39,283 nt of DNA. It comes from a virus (lineage: Duplodnaviria > Caudoviricetes). Both the position numbers and the translations under genes were made by a program. The stretch spans positions 1 through 39,283 of the IMG/VR virus record IMGVR_UViG_3300017761_005913. One strand, 5' to 3'. Positions 18,795-27,604 of the stretch are shown here, in pieces. Below the pieces are notes generated by a model, which saw only the letters and a list, made by a program, of their open reading frames with translations, had not been told where the DNA came from and ran no database searches. How positions within the stretch are numbered: the first letter of the stretch is position 1; the number at the start of each line of letters is the position of its first letter.

Positions 18795-20371
18795 TGCCTG
18801 CGTCAAAACCGGCGCAGGTCGAGGAAATAATCAGGTGTGGGAGAGACCCAGTGTACTTCACGAACAAGTACCTGAAGATCTCCCATGCCGAGCGTGGTCT
18901 GATCCAGTTCAAGACCTACCCGTTCCAGGACGAATGCATGCGTCAGTTTGCGCAGAACAGGTTCAATATCGTCCTGAAGAGCAGGCAGCTGGGCCTCTCG
19001 ACAATCACTGCTGCTTTCTCACTGTGGAGAGCCCTCTTCTACAAGGAGAAGAACATCCTGATCATTGCCACGAAAATGGCAACCGCATCGAACTTTGTTC
19101 GCAAGGTCAGGACAATGCTCGAGAGTGTTCCAAAGTGGCTCATTGTTCCTGAGATCACGGGATTCTCAAAGACAACTATTGAATTCTCTAACGGGTCTAT
19201 AATCAAGGCGATTCCGACGTCCGAGGACGCTGGTCGATCAGAAGCTCTCTCACTCCTGATCATTGACGAGGCCGCGTTCATTAGAAATTTCGATGAGCTG
19301 TGGAAGGGTCTCTATCCCACAGTTTCGACAGGTGGTTCTGCGATCATACTGAGCACTCCCAACGGTGTCGGCAACCAATACCACAAGCTCTGGGTCGACG
19401 CGGAGAACAAGATCTCTGATTTCAAGCCGATAAAGCTCATGTGGGATGTCCACCCTGAACACAACGAGGCCTGGTTCGAGAAAGAATCTCGTCAGATGAC
19501 AAGGAAACAGATCGCACAGGAGCTCCTGTGCGATTTTGCTTCATCGGGTGACACATTCCTCACCCCTGAGGACTTCGACAAGGTGAAGATGGGGGTGAGG
19601 GGTCCATTGGAGACCTGGGGGCCTGACAGGGGAGTGTGGCTGTGGAAATACCCATTACCTGACCACAAGTACGTGCTATCAGCGGACATTGCTCGAGGAG
19701 ATGCGGCGGATTACTCAACGGTTCAGGTCTTCGACTCGACAACCTCCGAACAGGTCTGTGAGTTCCAGGGTAAGGTTCCGCCAGACCAGTTCGGGATTTT
19801 GATCAATGAGATAGGTCTCAGATACAACAAGGCTCTTGTCTGTCCTGAGAACAACACTTTCGGTTTCTCAACAATCACGAAACTGAAAGAGCTCGGCTAC
19901 CCGAACGTCTATATCAATGACAAGAAGTTCGCATATTCATACGACGTTCCTGTCAGTAAGATGGGTTTCAGCACCCAGGGGGCATCAAGAAGCTCGTCAC
20001 TCACGAAACTCGAAGAGTACCTGCGGACAGGGACGGTGAAGGTCTACTCAAGCAGGCTCACCGAGGAATTGAAGACTTTCGTGTGGCAGGGAGATTCGCC
20101 ACGAGCCCAGAGAGGGTTTCATGACGACCTTGTCATGGCTGCTGCGATTGGGTGTACTCTCTTTGAGCCCTCCCACGTGGCGACCAAGTCCAGCTCCGAA
20201 TACCACAGCGCTATGCTGAGGGCTTTCGGGGTGAACAAGAATCCCGTTGCTCCTGCTCCCATCATAGTTGCCGGGCAGGACCCACTCAAACCTGTGCACT
20301 ATGATCCCCGCTTCTTCGGTGGAAGCGACAGCCCGATCCCACCAGAGATCGCTTGGCTTTATCAGCGATAA
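18794..20371 (+). CDS. terL: Terminase large subunit (T4 gp17-like)
   Basis: DPVYF, adenine-binding YPFQ, Walker A KSRQLGLST, Walker B LLIIDEAAF, coupling motif STPNG, nuclease motifs SADIARG..DYS and HDDLVMA. Confidence 0.96.
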   Translation: MPASKPAQVEEIIRCGRDPVYFTNKYLKISHAERGLIQFKTYPFQDECMRQFAQNRFNIVLKSRQLGLSTITAAFSLWRALFYKEKNILIIATKMATASNFVRKVRTMLESVPKWLIVPEITGFSKTTIEFSNGSIIKAIPTSEDAGRSEALSLLIIDEAAFIRNFDELWKGLYPTVSTGGSAIILSTPNGVGNQYHKLWVDAENKISDFKPIKLMWDVHPEHNEAWFEKESRQMTRKQIAQELLCDFASSGDTFLTPEDFDKVKMGVRGPLETWGPDRGVWLWKYPLPDHKYVLSADIARGDAADYSTVQVFDSTTSEQVCEFQGKVPPDQFGILINEIGLRYNKALVCPENNTFGFSTITKLKELGYPNVYINDKKFAYSYDVPVSKMGFSTQGASRSSSLTKLEEYLRTGTVKVYSSRLTEELKTFVWQGDSPRAQRGFHDDLVMAAAIGCTLFEPSHVATKSSSEYHSAMLRAFGVNKNPVAPAPIIVAGQDPLKPVHYDPRFFGGSDSPIPPEIAWLYQR

Positions 20372-20393
20372 CGCTGGAATAAGATAAGGAACC

Positions 20394-22334
20394 ATGGCTG
20401 AAAGAAACAACGCAAATCTGTTCAACAGGCTCACGAAGCTCTTCAGGTCTGGACCTATCATCAGGAGAAAGGTCAAGGCTTACAACGAGCCCACAGCTTC
20501 GTCAGCGTACGAGCTCTTCAGGAGAAACGTCTCTGACGTCTACTCCTCCACTGTCTCTGCCTACGGTGCATTCGATAGAATGTCGAGATACTCGGACTTC
20601 TCCGAGATGGAGGCGACTCCTGAAATTGCCTCCGCTCTTGACATCTACGCCGAGGAGACGGTTTCGCAGGACGACACTGGTAAGGTCCTTCACGTCTACT
20701 CAGAGAACAGGGTGGTGAAGGACCTCCTCGAGAACCTGTTCTATGACGTCCTCAACGTTGACTTCAACCTTCCGATGTGGGTGAGAAACCTCTGCAAGTA
20801 CGGAGACTTCTTCCTCTTCAATGACGTGGACCCCCAGTACGGGGTCATCAATGCTTATCCTATCCCCATCGCAGAGATTGAGAGGGAGGAAGGGTACGAC
20901 CCGAAGGACCCGATGGCGGTCAGGTTCCGCTGGATCACGAAAGGTAACACTGCTCTAGAGAACTGGCAGGTGGCGCACTTCAGGCTACTTGGTAATGACG
21001 CATTCCTTCCATATGGAGCTTCTGTCCTCGAGTCAGCACGTCGAATCTGGCGTCAGCTGATCCTCATCGAGGACGCAATGCTTGTCTACAGGATCGTAAG
21101 AGCTCCTGAGCGTCGTATCTTCTACATCGATGTCGGGAATGTCCCGCCCGAAGAGATTGAGAATTACATGCAGCAGGCCCAGACAAGTCTGAAGCGTAAC
21201 AAGGCTGTTGATAGGTCAAACGGCAAGATGGACCTCCGCTACAACCCACTCTCGGTGGACGACGACTACTTCATCCCAGTGAGGGGTGGTGAGTCCGGCA
21301 CGAAGATTGAGACGCTGGCGGGTGGACAGAACGCTGCTGCCGTTGAGGACGTCCAGTACATACAGAAGAAGCTCTTTGCAGCACTCAAGATCCCTAAAGC
21401 CTACCTTGGTTACGACGAGGAGATCGGAGCAAAAGCAACGCTTGCACAGGAAGACATCAGATTCTCGAGGACAATATCGAGGATTCAGAAAGTTGTCGTA
21501 TCAGAGCTCAACAAGATCGCAATGATTCACCTCTACTCCCACGGCTTCACTGACGAGGACATGCTGGACTTTGCGCTCACTCTCAACAACCCGTCGTCAG
21601 TTGCCCAGCTTCAGAAGCTTGAACTCATAAAGACCAAGTTTGAAATTGCCGGTGCGGCTCCTGAGGGATCGGTAGATAGGTCGTGGATCAGAAAGAATAT
21701 CCTCGGACTCTCTGACGAGGATATTGAGAAAATCAAGGTAGGTAGGAAGTCCGACAAGATTGAGGACGCCGAAGTAGAGAGCGCGAAGCCTGGGGGCGGT
21801 GAGGAAGGGGGGGCAGAGGCGGGAGGAGCGGAACCTGAGGCCGGCGGTGATGCGGGCGGAGAGGGAGGAGGCGGTGAGGAAGGGGGAGCTGAGGACCTCT
21901 TCGCAGGCGACTTCAAGACAGGTCCGCTCCTCGGTGAAATTGACGGTGAACTCCCCGTCAGGCCGAAGTCCGAGGCTCAGAACGTCTTCGGTGGAAGGAT
22001 CAGGAAGAAGAAGAGTAGATTCTCCAACTCAAAGGCCGAAGTCCCCGATTTCCTCGCCATGACGCTAGACTCGAGGCCGCAGTCTACTTCTAATGAGCCT
22101 TTCGGTCACTCGATGACGAGAGGCATGAAGAATGAGGATGACATCAGCACCTCACTGCTGGACGCTCTCCTCGGAGAGAGAAATTTCCCCAAGCCAAGAA
22201 AAACATCAGAGATCGCTTCTGCCTTACGGAGCTTTGACGGCTCAATAGTTAGGAGAAGAGGAGCAGTCCTGAGTGAATCCGACATCGGCTCAAAGATTGC
22301 AGAAAGTGAGGACCTCAAAGATGACGAGGCATAA
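20394..22334 (+). CDS. Portal protein (T4 gp20-like) with Gly/Glu-rich C-terminal extension
   Basis: LIEDAMLVYRIVRAPERRIFYIDVGN, DDYFIPVRGG..GTKIETLAGGQN, YIQKKLFAALKIP. Confidence 0.95.
   Translation: MAERNNANLFNRLTKLFRSGPIIRRKVKAYNEPTASSAYELFRRNVSDVYSSTVSAYGAFDRMSRYSDFSEMEATPEIASALDIYAEETVSQDDTGKVLHVYSENRVVKDLLENLFYDVLNVDFNLPMWVRNLCKYGDFFLFNDVDPQYGVINAYPIPIAEIEREEGYDPKDPMAVRFRWITKGNTALENWQVAHFRLLGNDAFLPYGASVLESARRIWRQLILIEDAMLVYRIVRAPERRIFYIDVGNVPPEEIENYMQQAQTSLKRNKAVDRSNGKMDLRYNPLSVDDDYFIPVRGGESGTKIETLAGGQNAAAVEDVQYIQKKLFAALKIPKAYLGYDEEIGAKATLAQEDIRFSRTISRIQKVVVSELNKIAMIHLYSHGFTDEDMLDFALTLNNPSSVAQLQKLELIKTKFEIAGAAPEGSVDRSWIRKNILGLSDEDIEKIKVGRKSDKIEDAEVESAKPGGGEEGGAEAGGAEPEAGGDAGGEGGGGEEGGAEDLFAGDFKTGPLLGEIDGELPVRPKSEAQNVFGGRIRKKKSRFSNSKAEVPDFLAMTLDSRPQSTSNEPFGHSMTRGMKNEDDISTSLLDALLGERNFPKPRKTSEIASALRSFDGSIVRRRGAVLSESDIGSKIAESEDLKDDEA
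21795..21895 (+). repeat. Imperfect direct repeat encoding a GGEEGGAE linker in the portal tail
   Basis: ggcggtgaggaagggggggcagagg and ggcggtgaggaagggggagctgagg lie about 75 nt apart. Confidence 0.6.
22245..22251 (+). promoter_or_regulatory. Putative internal late promoter ATAGTTA in the portal 3' end
   Basis: Exact heptamer upstream of the next gene (21 nt before GTG 22273, 69 nt before ATG 22321). Confidence 0.45.
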
Positions 22335-23154
22335 CAAGAAGAGAAATGCCGCTCTGATATACGAGCAGCTTGTGAGATATATCTCAAGGGCTCTTGTCGA
22401 GGGCAGGGGTGAGAAGGCTCGTGTTGCCAATGAGATCATTAAGGAGCACTTCACGAAGGGTTCACAGCTCTACAAGGAGTTTCGTCTCTTCAATGCCTTG
22501 ATGAGGACAACGGTCTCTGACAAGTCCCTTGCACACAGGATCATCGAGGAGGCTCGAAAGGCTGCGCAGGACCACAGTCCGAAGCTTCTTGATCTTGAGA
22601 AGAGCAGACTCATTGCTGCAATTAACAAGAGGCTCGATGAGAACAATTTCTTCGACATCAGGGTACCCGAGTATCGATCTCTCGCAACGGTCCAGACTCT
22701 CCTGAATGACTGGAGAGGCGGCTCACACTCTGATATAAAGAGGGTGGTCGAGTACGAGGAGAAGGTCACCGGTATCCTGATGACAGAGAAGACGCTTCCG
22801 TCACTCGTGAAATCGAAAGACGTGAACGGTCTCACGGTGAAGATTCTCTCCGAGAAAGTCTCAGAGAAGTTCAGCGATAGTCTCTCGAAGGACCAGCTTC
22901 GGATCCTGACGCTTGCGGTGAAGGGCGACTCTTCCTCCCTGGTACCAGTTCTCGAGAACACGAAGCGCTCCGCAATCAGGTCAGTGAACGCTCTTCGTGA
23001 GTCCGCTAACAACCAGACGATAAGGGAGAAGCTTGAGCCTGTCGACAAGGTCCTCCGCTCCCTTGACCCAAGGGACACGAGCGAGCAGAATGTCTCGCGC
23101 TTCCTTGTCATTACGAAGCTAATAGAAGAAGTGAAGGGAGGCGAAGATGAATGA
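22321..23154 (+). CDS. Hypothetical head-module protein (between portal and protease)
   Basis: Helical basic protein starting MTRHNKKRNAALIYEQLVR; alternative GTG start at 22273. Its position matches T4 prohead-core genes. Confidence 0.7.
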   Translation: MTRHNKKRNAALIYEQLVRYISRALVEGRGEKARVANEIIKEHFTKGSQLYKEFRLFNALMRTTVSDKSLAHRIIEEARKAAQDHSPKLLDLEKSRLIAAINKRLDENNFFDIRVPEYRSLATVQTLLNDWRGGSHSDIKRVVEYEEKVTGILMTEKTLPSLVKSKDVNGLTVKILSEKVSEKFSDSLSKDQLRILTLAVKGDSSSLVPVLENTKRSAIRSVNALRESANNQTIREKLEPVDKVLRSLDPRDTSEQNVSRFLVITKLIEEVKGGEDE

Positions 23155-23761
23155 CAACCTGAAACTCCTCACGGAGTGGACTGCCTTTGCGTACACTCCC
23201 CAGATGATCAAGGAGAGCCGTGACAAGAACGAAGGAAAGATTGTCATGCGCGGCGTCCTCCAGAAGTCTGAGACGCTAAACCAGAACGGAAGGGTCTACC
23301 CAAGGGCTATTCTCGAGAGAGAGGTCCGAAACTACCAGAAGTTCATCAAGGAGAACCGTGCTCTCGGTGAGTGCGACCACCCAGACTCCTCGGTTGTCGA
23401 GCTGAAGAAGGTGAGTCACATCATCAGGGAAGCGTACATGGAGGGGGACGTCTGCTACGGTGTCGTGGAGCTCCTTGACACTCCATGCGGTAAGATCTTG
23501 CAGAGTCTCGTAGAGTCTGGGGTCACTCTTGGAATTTCCTCAAGGGGAGTTGGTTCCACGAAGAGAGACGGGGACATTCAGTTTGTTCAGGACGACTTCC
23601 AGCTTATCTGTTGGGACTTTGTCGCGGAGCCCTCGACACCAGGAGCCTTCATGATGGCCGAGGGTAAGAAGGTCGACCCAAGAACTTTGAAACAGACCTT
23701 CACAAAGAGCGACAGGATTGATAGAATGTTCAACGATATCCTCACTTGGAGAAAGTCTTGA
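23147..23761 (+). CDS. Prohead core protease (T4 gp21-like)
   Basis: NQNGRVYP, ALGECDHP (His), LGISSRGVGS (Ser), WDFVAEPSTPGAF. Confidence 0.95.
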   Translation: MNDNLKLLTEWTAFAYTPQMIKESRDKNEGKIVMRGVLQKSETLNQNGRVYPRAILEREVRNYQKFIKENRALGECDHPDSSVVELKKVSHIIREAYMEGDVCYGVVELLDTPCGKILQSLVESGVTLGISSRGVGSTKRDGDIQFVQDDFQLICWDFVAEPSTPGAFMMAEGKKVDPRTLKQTFTKSDRIDRMFNDILTWRKS

Positions 23762-24195
23762 ACAGGAATGAGCTTAAGTCGATAGTCAAGGAGTGTCTCC
23801 TTGAGATACTCATCGAGGGAGTGGGCAGTGAGTCTCCCCGAGTGAATGAGTCACGGCAGAATCGAGCTGTCCCACAGTCGAGTCCACCGATGAGGAGACC
23901 AGCTCTTGATATGATCAGGCCGAAGGGTGCTACGCCCCAGTCCTTGCCAACTCCGGCTCCACGTCCGAAGCCTGCCCCAGCTGCTTACAAAGAAATTGCT
24001 GGCGGCAATGACGTGATGGCAAACATCTTCGCTGAGACTGCGGCGAGCGGCCTTGTCGAGTCGATGGGAAGCGGTACTGCTCAGAACAATAACCCTGTTG
24101 TCGACACTGGCGTTGACCCGAATCTTTTCGAGGGCTCCGGTAATTGGGCAGCTCTTGCCTTTTCAGACCCGACTTCGAAAAGAAGCCGTATGTGA
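23746..24195 (+). CDS. Hypothetical protein, putative prohead core/internal protein
   Basis: 149 aa; N-terminal ELKSIVKECLLEILIEG helix, Pro-rich linker, C-terminal NWAALAF. TTG start is uncertain (23746 or 23758). Confidence 0.65.
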   Translation: MEKVLNRNELKSIVKECLLEILIEGVGSESPRVNESRQNRAVPQSSPPMRRPALDMIRPKGATPQSLPTPAPRPKPAPAAYKEIAGGNDVMANIFAETAASGLVESMGSGTAQNNNPVVDTGVDPNLFEGSGNWAALAFSDPTSKRSRM

Positions 24196-24198
24196 TGG

Positions 24199-24205
24199 AT
24201 AGTTA
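24199..24205 (+). promoter_or_regulatory. Putative late promoter ATAGTTA
   Basis: Intergenic heptamer followed by a small GAGC-AAAA-GCTC hairpin and a GGAGG SD. Confidence 0.6.
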
Positions 24206-24236
24206 GAACAGAGCAAAAGCTCGGAGGAAGTATCAA

Positions 24237-24554
24237 ATGGCAACCAGAACTCTCACACCCGCCCTTCTCCGTCGGATTGTCAAGGAGGAGCGTGCTCGTA
24301 TCGTGGCCGAAGCAAAGAAGAAGAAGATGAAGGAGGCAGACGAGATCTCCTCCGACACTGACGAGGTCGGACCTGAGGACCAGGCCGCCGCGCTTGTCAA
24401 CAAGATCGACCACGCAAAGGCCGCTGGCATCAAGAATGAGGCTGCTCGTCTCGAGCAGCTCACGGTGATGGAGCGGAAGCTCGCGAGGCTCCAGAGGAAG
24501 ATCCAGGAGTCGAAGCGGATTGCTCGTAACAAGATCATCCGTTCCGCTCGCTAA
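24237..24554 (+). CDS. Small coiled-coil hypothetical protein, putative prohead core protein
   Basis: 105 aa; strong SD; N-terminal LTPALLRRIVKEE motif. Confidence 0.75.
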   Translation: MATRTLTPALLRRIVKEERARIVAEAKKKKMKEADEISSDTDEVGPEDQAAALVNKIDHAKAAGIKNEAARLEQLTVMERKLARLQRKIQESKRIARNKIIRSAR

Positions 24555-24579
24555 CACAGAAACTTGGGGGTAACAGAAA

Positions 24580-25122
24580 GTGCCTACATACACGCATCCG
24601 ACTATCAGCATAGTGGCTCCTACTGACAGGGGTCCTGGGAGGAGTGACACTGCTACCCTCAAGACCCTCTTCCCAGGAGCTCCTGGGACCACTGACTACG
24701 CTGGCACCGAAGGTTCTTCGACGTACAAGCAGATTGCTCTCAACCTCCTCCTCGCGGGTGAGGTGACAGACAACCTACAGACTGGCGCGTCTGACAGGGA
24801 CTTCGGCGCTTCCGCTTCTGACGAGTCTCGCAGGCCTCCAACTTACGGAGCCGTTGCAACAGGTGGTGGTGGACTCCCGGCATCCGCCTGGGTCCCCAAC
24901 CCGACATCACCCGGAGCCGGATCAGTCGATCCCAACGACCAGACCGAGCCGACGTCAGGTTACGGAAACACTCCGACAAACACTATCGCGAATGTCGGCG
25001 CTTCTTCCGATGTCACCCAGCCTGTTCGCGACCCGGCGACCTCGTCACAGAGAATGTCACAGGGAAGAGAGGTCGGTGCCTACTCATCCGGCAGGTCGCC
25101 GGCCACGGCGAATGCCTCGTAA
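24580..25122 (+). CDS. Hypothetical P/G/S/T-rich protein
   Basis: 180-aa ORF with GTG start after GGGGG; fills the gap in the operon; likely extended or disordered. Confidence 0.65.
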   Translation: MPTYTHPTISIVAPTDRGPGRSDTATLKTLFPGAPGTTDYAGTEGSSTYKQIALNLLLAGEVTDNLQTGASDRDFGASASDESRRPPTYGAVATGGGGLPASAWVPNPTSPGAGSVDPNDQTEPTSGYGNTPTNTIANVGASSDVTQPVRDPATSSQRMSQGREVGAYSSGRSPATANAS

Positions 25123-25693
25123 CAGAAAGATCAGGGAAGCTCTTGGCGGTTCACCCGCCAACTTCCCTAATTATGACACCAGGACGGGCCTCGGTTACGG
25201 GGCCCCGACTGGTTTTCACAAGTCTCGTCAGTCGGCTGGAACTTTCCCGTACAGGGAGCCTGTCGACGATGACGAGGAAATTGAGGACGATGAGGAGTTC
25301 GAGGTAGAGGACGCTGCAGAGTTCCGCAACAAACTCGGCGGTGCGCCCTACAAGGACCCATACGCGTCAAGAAAGACGGACCCGTTCTACTACTACGGGT
25401 CAGCGACTCCTACCGGCATGTTCGGAGAGGCTGTTGCAATGAACAGGTCAAAGGGTTCTATCTCACCGAAACCGAACCTCTACAAGGGCAAGGAGGCGGT
25501 ATCCGGTGGCGGTTACGTGGGCGCCTCCATCAGACCCTTTCAGGTCATTATCCACAATAGATCAACACCGCATGGATGGAGCAAGTCGACTTACCCCCTC
25601 GACAACAACGAAGAGGAGGAGGAAGACGAGACCCTGCAGAAATTGAGGGAACTTATTCGCGGTTACCACATCGCGAACCTATCCAGGGAATGA
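25112..25693 (+). CDS. Hypothetical protein with acidic tracts
   Basis: The likely start is ATG 25112 (MPRNRKIREALGG), overlapping the previous stop. The track start at 24854 would overlap the previous gene extensively. Confidence 0.65.
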   Translation: MPRNRKIREALGGSPANFPNYDTRTGLGYGAPTGFHKSRQSAGTFPYREPVDDDEEIEDDEEFEVEDAAEFRNKLGGAPYKDPYASRKTDPFYYYGSATPTGMFGEAVAMNRSKGSISPKPNLYKGKEAVSGGGYVGASIRPFQVIIHNRSTPHGWSKSTYPLDNNEEEEEDETLQKLRELIRGYHIANLSRE

Positions 25694-25708
25694 TCTAGTC
25701 CAAGGTGT

Positions 25709-25715
25709 ATACTTA
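25709..25715 (+). promoter_or_regulatory. Putative late promoter ATACTTA
   Basis: Intergenic heptamer 18 nt before the scaffold ATG. Confidence 0.6.
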
Positions 25716-25733
25716 CGGAGCAGGAAGTTCGCC

Positions 25734-27566
25734 ATGTCAACTGGGAAACTATACCAAGAAGCAATCGACGAGGCAAAGGGCCTCGTCCAGATGGCCGAAG
25801 AGAATGCCAGAAACAAGCTCATCGAGGCCTTCACTCCTCACGTGAGGAAGCTCATCGAGAAGAATCTCCTCGGCGAGGGTGATGACGACGACATGGACGT
25901 CGTGATGGGAGCCGCGGACGACTCTGAGGAAGCCCCATCAGACCCCGAGGACGTCCCCGACACCGAGCAGAACAATTTCTCTGGCGAAGAAGAGGACGAG
26001 GAATTCGATTTTGACTCTGAGGAAGACGAAGAGTACGAGGACGACGACTTCGGCTTTGGCAACGACGAGGACGAGGACGAGTACGAGAAGCCGCAGTCGG
26101 GTGTCACTCTTCAGGTTCCCAAGGGAGTGAAGAGGGTGACCTTCGACCTCTCTGAAAAGGACAAGGGCGGTGAAAAGGTCCTCACTGACGAGAGCAAGCG
26201 CCGCGGTAACGTGAAACTCAATAACGAGTCCGTGAAGACGCTCCTCCGCCTCGTGGACGGCGAGGGATCCCTGACCGACCGCACTCGAGCTCTTCGCATG
26301 GAGCTTAAGATTATAGGGAGGGCCCTCAATTCCCTCAATGAGAGCAGGACCAAGTCATCAGCTGCCCTCAGAATAGTTGAGGAGTTCAACGCGGTACTCC
26401 GCAAGGCGATTGGACTCAAGCAAGAGATCAAGGACACCATCCCGGGTCCTCTTGCGGAAGCATCGCGTAAAGAGTTCAACATACTAACAGAGGAGATTGA
26501 GCAAATGTCAACAAGGTCACTGCTTCGCAACTTGCTTGCGGAGAAGAGGAATCGCAGGCTTTTCGAGGCCGAGGGCGATGAAGAGGGCGGCGAGACCGAG
26601 GTCGAGGTCGACGTCGACGCCGTGAAGTCAGCCATCGAGTCACTCGCTGGTGCCGTCGGAATGGAAGTCAAGGCTGCCGAGGAAGGCGGTGATGACGCCG
26701 CCGACGAGGAAGGCGGAGACGAGGGCGGCGACGAGCTGGACCTCGAGATGGACGAGATGGAGATGGAGGCCGATGAGATGGACGAGATGGAGATGGAGAT
26801 GGAGATGGAGGCCTATGAGATGGACGAGGCAGACAAGGACGAGATGGACGAGGCAGACAAGGACGAGATGGAAGAGAAGAAGCACGAGTCCTATCGCCGC
26901 GCCGCTCGTGGTCAGACGGTCTTCTCGATCGACGAGTCGATGCTCCGCAGGGAGCTCCGTCGCCTCCGCAACCTCCGTGAGTCCGCCGAGGACGCGGCCG
27001 GTCACTACGGTGGCGGTGAGGTCGATGGCGACTACTTCGAGAACCCTCCTGAGCTGAACGCGCTCGCCGAGAAGGACGAGCCGAAGAAGGAGGCTGCCAA
27101 GGCGAAGAAGGAAGCCACCAAGGCGAAGAACGAGGCTGACAAGGCCAAGGAAGAGGCCAAGGACGCCAAGAAGGAAGCAGTTAAGGAGGCCCGCATGAAT
27201 CGGGCTCTCAGGGCACGCCTCGCCGAGGCTGCCAAGGCGGTGAACACCCTGAACCGCCAGCTTGCCGAGCAGAAGCTCTTCAACGCTAAGCTGTTGTACG
27301 TCAACAAGCTCATGCAGAATAGGGGCCTTTCGGACAAGCAGCTGAGGTCGGTTGTCGAGGCTCTCGACTCCGCCTCCACCATCAGGGAAGCGAAGCTCCT
27401 GTTCACAAGCCTGTCGGAGTCACTTTCCCGCTCCGCTGGGTCAATCACTGAGAGCTCAACGAGAACAGCAGGCGGCGCCTCCAGGCCCACACGGTCGAGC
27501 TCAACGCTCAATGAGTCCGTGGGCGAGACCGATCGCTGGGCAGTCCTCGCGGGTATCAAGTCCTAA
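25734..27566 (+). CDS. Prohead scaffolding/core protein (T4 gp22 analogue)
   Basis: 610 aa, highly acidic low-complexity tracts plus coiled coils; immediately upstream of the major capsid gene; C-terminal DRWAVLAGIKS. Confidence 0.75.
   Translation: MSTGKLYQEAIDEAKGLVQMAEENARNKLIEAFTPHVRKLIEKNLLGEGDDDDMDVVMGAADDSEEAPSDPEDVPDTEQNNFSGEEEDEEFDFDSEEDEEYEDDDFGFGNDEDEDEYEKPQSGVTLQVPKGVKRVTFDLSEKDKGGEKVLTDESKRRGNVKLNNESVKTLLRLVDGEGSLTDRTRALRMELKIIGRALNSLNESRTKSSAALRIVEEFNAVLRKAIGLKQEIKDTIPGPLAEASRKEFNILTEEIEQMSTRSLLRNLLAEKRNRRLFEAEGDEEGGETEVEVDVDAVKSAIESLAGAVGMEVKAAEEGGDDAADEEGGDEGGDELDLEMDEMEMEADEMDEMEMEMEMEAYEMDEADKDEMDEADKDEMEEKKHESYRRAARGQTVFSIDESMLRRELRRLRNLRESAEDAAGHYGGGEVDGDYFENPPELNALAEKDEPKKEAAKAKKEATKAKNEADKAKEEAKDAKKEAVKEARMNRALRARLAEAAKAVNTLNRQLAEQKLFNAKLLYVNKLMQNRGLSDKQLRSVVEALDSASTIREAKLLFTSLSESLSRSAGSITESSTRTAGGASRPTRSSSTLNESVGETDRWAVLAGIKS
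26745..26870 (+). repeat. In-frame tandem repeats (GAGATG hexamers; 24-nt GAGATGGACGAGGCAGACAAGGAC x2) encoding EM/DEADKDEM
   Basis: Directly visible; the exact 24-mer copies are at 26817-26840 and 26841-26864. Confidence 0.9.
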
Positions 27567-27604
27567 TCTAGGGAATCATCAACTTACAAGGAGTTAGAAA
27601 TAAA

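Noticed and set aside
21807-21813. G7 run as a programmed frameshift or phase-variation site in the portal gene
   Set aside because: Explained by Gly codons in the linker; the alternative-frame ORF (21799-22062) looks like shadow sequence.
18794-22334. Inteins or introns in terminase/portal
   Set aside because: Motif spacing and lengths are normal; no intein splice motifs, homing endonuclease or frame break seen.
24854-25111. Long N-terminal extension of the 279-aa ORF in the track
   Set aside because: It overlaps the 24580-25122 gene out of frame and has Arg/Pro-rich shadow composition; ATG 25112 fits the operon packing.
26745-26870. CRISPR-like array
   Set aside because: The repeats are short, in frame and contiguous, with no unique spacers and no cas genes.
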